Shown piece by piece: positions 61,001 through 64,000 of a stretch of DNA of 64,000 nt (positions are counted from its first letter, which is position 1; the number at the start of each line of letters is the position of its first letter). The stretch is from Eledone cirrhosa. Its lineage: Eukaryota. The notes below the pieces were generated by a model. The model saw only the letters and a list, made by a program, of their open reading frames with translations. It was not told the DNA's origin and ran no database searches. A program made the translations under genes and the position numbers. The stretch spans positions 16,306,001 through 16,370,000 of the forward strand of contig OZ024744.1 of NCBI GenBank assembly GCA_964016885.1. The letters are read 5' to 3'.

Positions 61001-64000
61001 TCGGAAAAGGAGAGTATGAAGGAAGTTGGAGAAGGAGAATATGAAGGAAGTTGGAGAAGGAGAGTATGAAGGAAGTTGAAGAAGTAAAATCTGAAGGAAG
61101 TTGGAGGAGAGTATGAAGGAAGTTGGAGAAGGAGAATATGAAGGAAGTTGAAGAAGGAGAATATAAACGAATTTGGAGAAGGAGAGTATGAAGGAAGTTG
61201 GAGAATGAGAATCTGAAGGAAGTTGGAGAAGGAGAGTATGAAGGAAGTTGGAGAAGGAGAATCTGAAGGAAGTTGGAGAAGGAGAGTATGAAGGAAGTTG
61301 AAGGAGAAGAATATGAAGGAAGTTGAAGTAGAATCTGAAGGAAGTTGGAGAAGGAGAGTATGAAGGAAGTTGAAGAAGGAGAATCTGAAGGAAGTTGGAG
61401 ATGGAGAGTATGGAGGAAGTTGGAGAAGGAGAGTATGAAGGAAGTTGGAGAAGGAGAGTATGAAGGAAGTTGAAGAAGGAGAATATGAACGAAGTTGGAG
61501 AAGGAGAGTATGAAGGAAGTTGGAGAAGGAGAGTATGAAGGAAGTTGAAGGAAGAGAATATGAAGGAAGTTGAAGAAGGAGAGTATGAAGGAATTTGGAG
61601 AAGGAGAGTATGAAGGAAGTTGAAGGAAGAAAATATGAAGGAAGTTGGAGAAGGAGAGTATGAAGGAAGTTGGGGAAGGAGAGTATGAAGGAAGTTGGAG
61701 AAGGAGAGTATGAAGGAAGTTGGAGAAGGAGAGTATGAAGGAAGTTGGAGAAGGAGAGTATGAAGGAAGTTGAAGAAGGAGAATATGAAGGAAGTTGGAG
61801 AAGAAGAGTATGAAGGAAGTTGAAGGAGGAGAACATGAAGGAAGTTGAAGAAGGAGAATCTGAAGGAAGTTGGAGAAGGAGAGTATGAAGGAAGTTGAAG
61901 GAGGAGAATATGAAGGAAGTTGAAGGAGGAGAATATGAACGAATTTGGAGAAGGAGAGTATGAAGGAAGTTGGAGAATGAGAATCTGAAGGAAGTTGGAG
62001 AAGGAGAGTATGAAGGAAGTTGTCGAAGGAGAATCTGAAAGAAGTTGGAGAAGGAGAGTATGAAGGAAGTTGAAGAAGGCGAATCTGAAGGAAGTTGGAG
62101 AAGGAGAGTATGGAGGAAGTTGGGGGAGGAGAATATGAAGGAAGTTGAAGGAGGAGAATATGAACGAAGTTGAAGAAGGAGAATATGAAGGAAGTTGAAG
62201 GGGGAGAATATGAAGGAAGTTGAAGAAGGAGAATCAGAAGGAAGTTGGAGGAGGAGAGAATGAAGGAAGTTGAAGAAGGAGAATCTGAAAGATGTTGGAG
62301 AAGGAGAGTAGTAAGGAAGTTGGAGAAGGAGAATCTGAAGGAAGTTGGAGAAGGAGAGTATGAAGGAAGTTGAAGGAGGAGAATATGAAGGAAGTTGAAG
62401 GAGGAGAATATGAACGAAGTTGAAGAAGGAGAATATGAAGGAAGTTGAAGGAGAAGTATATGAAGGAAGTTGAAGAAGGAGAATCTGAAGGAAGTTGGAG
62501 AAAGAGAGTATGAAGGAAGTTGAAGAAGGAGAATCTGAAGGAAGTTGGAAAAGGAGAGTATTAAGGAAGTTGGAGAAGGAGAATATGAAGGAAGTTGGAG
62601 AAGGAGAGTATGAAGGCAGTTGAAGAAGGAAAATCTGAAGGAAGTTGGAGGAGAGTATGAAGGAAGTTGGAGAAGGAGAATATGAAGGAAGTTGAAGGAG
62701 GAGAATATAAACGAATTTGGAGAAGGAGAGTATGAAGGAAGTTGGAGAAGGAGAATCTGAAGGAAGTTGGAGAAGGAGAGTATGAAGGAAGTTGGGGAGG
62801 AGAATATGAAGGAAGTTGAAGGAGGAGAATATGAACGAAGTTGAAGAAGGAGAATATGAAGGAAGTTGAAGGGGGAGAATATGAAGGAAGTTGAAGAAGG
62901 AGAATCAGAAGGAAGTCGGAGAAGGAGAGAATGAAGGAAGTTGAAGAAGGAGAATCTGAAAGATGTTGGAGAAGGAGAGTAGTAAGGAAGTTGGAGAAGG
63001 AGAATCTGAAGGAAGTTGGAGAAGGAGAGTATGAAGGAAGTTGGAGAAGGAGAATCTGAAGGAAGTTGGAGAAGGAGAGTATGAAGGAAGTTGGAGAAGT
63101 AGAGTATGAAGAAAGTTGGAGAAGGAGAATAGGAATGAAGTTGTGGAAGAAGGTATGAAAGAAGTTGGAGAAGGAGAATATGAAGGAAGTTGAAGGAGGA
63201 GAATATGAAGGAAGTTAGAAAAGGAGAGTATGAAGGAAGTTGGAGATGGAGAGTATGAAAGAAGTTGAATAAGGAGAATATCAAGGAAGTTGGAGAAGGA
63301 GAGTGTGATTGAAGTTGGAGAAGGAGAGTATGAAGGAAGTTGGAGAAGGAGAATATGAAGGAAGTTGGAAAAGGAGAGTAAGAAGGAGGTTGGAAGAGGA
63401 GAGTATGAAGGAAGTTGGAGATGGAGGATATGAAGGAAGTTGGAGAAGGATAATACGAGGGAAGTTGGAGAAGGAGTGTATGAAGGAAGTTGGAGAAGTA
63501 GAATATGAAGGAAGTTGAAGGAGGAGAATATGAAGGAAATTGAAGAAGGAGAATATGAAGGAATTTGGAGAAGGAGAGTATGAAGGAAGTTGGAGAAGGA
63601 GAGTATGAAGGAAGTTAGAGAAGGAGAATAAGAAGGAAGTTGGAGAAGGAGAGTATGAAGTAAGTTGGAGAAAAAGAATATGAAGGAAGGTGTGGAATAA
63701 GGTATGAAGGAAGTTGGAGAAGGAGAGTATGAAGGAAGTTGGAGAAGGAGAGTATGAAGGAAGTTGGAGAAGGAGAGTATGAAGGAAGATGAAGAAGGAG
63801 AATATGAAGAAAGTTGGAGAAGGAGAGTATGAAGGAAGTTGGAGAAGGAGAGTATGAAGGAAGTTGAAGGAAGAGAACATGAAGGAAGTTGAAGAAGGAG
63901 AATATGAAGGAAGTTGAAGAAGGAGAGTATGAAGGAAGTTGAAGGAAGAAAATATGAAGGAAGTTGGAGGAGGAGAATATGAAGGAAGTTGGAGAAGGAG
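55085..64000 (+). repeat. Tandem ~5.2-5.3 kb higher-order unit (about 55085-60389, repeated from 60390 to the window end)
   Basis: GATAATACGAGG at 55256, 58242, 60560 and 63449 (alternate offsets 5304 and 5207). Identical spurious ORF pairs 55116-55340/60420-60644 and 58102-58311/63309-63518. Confidence 0.85.

Larger units (their letters stand above)
1..64000 (+). repeat. Tandem satellite array, 25-bp monomer TATGAAGGAAGTTGGAGAAGGAGAG, head-to-tail, extending past both window edges
   Basis: Read directly. Perfect consensus monomers occur at e.g. 176-200 and 201-225, and the register holds from base 1 to 64000. Common variants are TTGGAG/TTGAAG, GAGAG/GAGAA, TATGA/TCTGA and GAAGG/GGAGG. Most monomers carry 0-3 substitutions. 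Minor length variants of 22, 24, 26, 28 and 38 bp occur. Confidence 0.99.
15400..64000 (+). repeat. Satellite sub-domain B, rich in AATCTGA monomers and carrying TCAGCAG 28-mer, TGTCGAAG, TATAAACGAATTT and GAAGGTGTGG variants
   Basis: I saw these diagnostic variants only after ~15.4 kb: TCAGCAGAAGG first at 18142, GTTGTCGAAGG first at ~18905, GAAGGTGTGG first at ~15508 and TATAAACGAATTT first at ~19592. Confidence 0.7.

Noticed and set aside
58074-63284. 1736-aa minus-strand ORF, and all other long minus-strand ORFs such as 41501-44896, 9773-12742 and 49234-51852
   Set aside because: The minus consensus lacks stops in all frames, and overlapping ORFs in different frames give the same peptide motif. 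The 25-bp unit is not codon-phased, and there is no non-repetitive N- or C-terminal domain. ORF ends are simply sporadic TCA, TTA or CTA variants on the + strand.
1-64000. CRISPR array (the repeat length is in the CRISPR range)
   Set aside because: Monomers are directly adjacent, with no unique spacers, no leader and no cas genes.
1-64000. Telomerase-synthesised long-unit telomeric repeat (25-nt units exist in Kluyveromyces lactis)
   Set aside because: The sequence does not resemble telomeric repeats I know. Variants are inherited in multi-kb duplicated blocks, which indicates recombinational amplification instead of templated addition. A subtelomeric location cannot be excluded from this window.
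1-64000. Variant monomers as an information-bearing code or a cassette reservoir for antigenic variation or diversity generation
   Set aside because: The variant order is accounted for by nested duplication and point mutation. There is no expression site, recombinase, reverse transcriptase or other unique sequence in the window to support such a system.

Overview
The whole 64 kb window is one uninterrupted, single-orientation satellite array of a 25-bp monomer with consensus TATGAAGGAAGTTGGAGAAGGAGAG. That is roughly 2,560 monomers, estimated as 64,000/25. The + strand consensus is 84% purine (11 G, 10 A, 4 T, 0 C). I found no unique sequence, inversion, transposon, RNA gene or CRISPR spacer. 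I judge every ORF in the track to be an artefact of the repeat. The minus-strand consensus has no stop codon in any frame, and because 25 is not divisible by 3, all three frames give the same 25-aa motif (LLLQLPSYSPSPTSFILSFSNFLHT) per 75 bp. The real structure is in the variant monomers: a ~12/13-bp internal sub-repeat, an emerging 50-bp dimer, nested multi-kb duplications (offsets about 2.1-2.4, 3.1, 4.2-4.3, 5.2-5.3, 6.1, 9.2, 10.6-10.7 and 20.9 kb), two sub-domains with a transition near 15.2-15.4 kb, and a linked -3/+3 indel pair. It looks like a eukaryotic heterochromatic, centromeric or subtelomeric satellite, but I do not recognise the family and cannot assign the organism. I see no direct evidence of a novel gene-encoded system, and the functional ideas below are hypotheses. 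Block boundaries were read by eye and are approximate.
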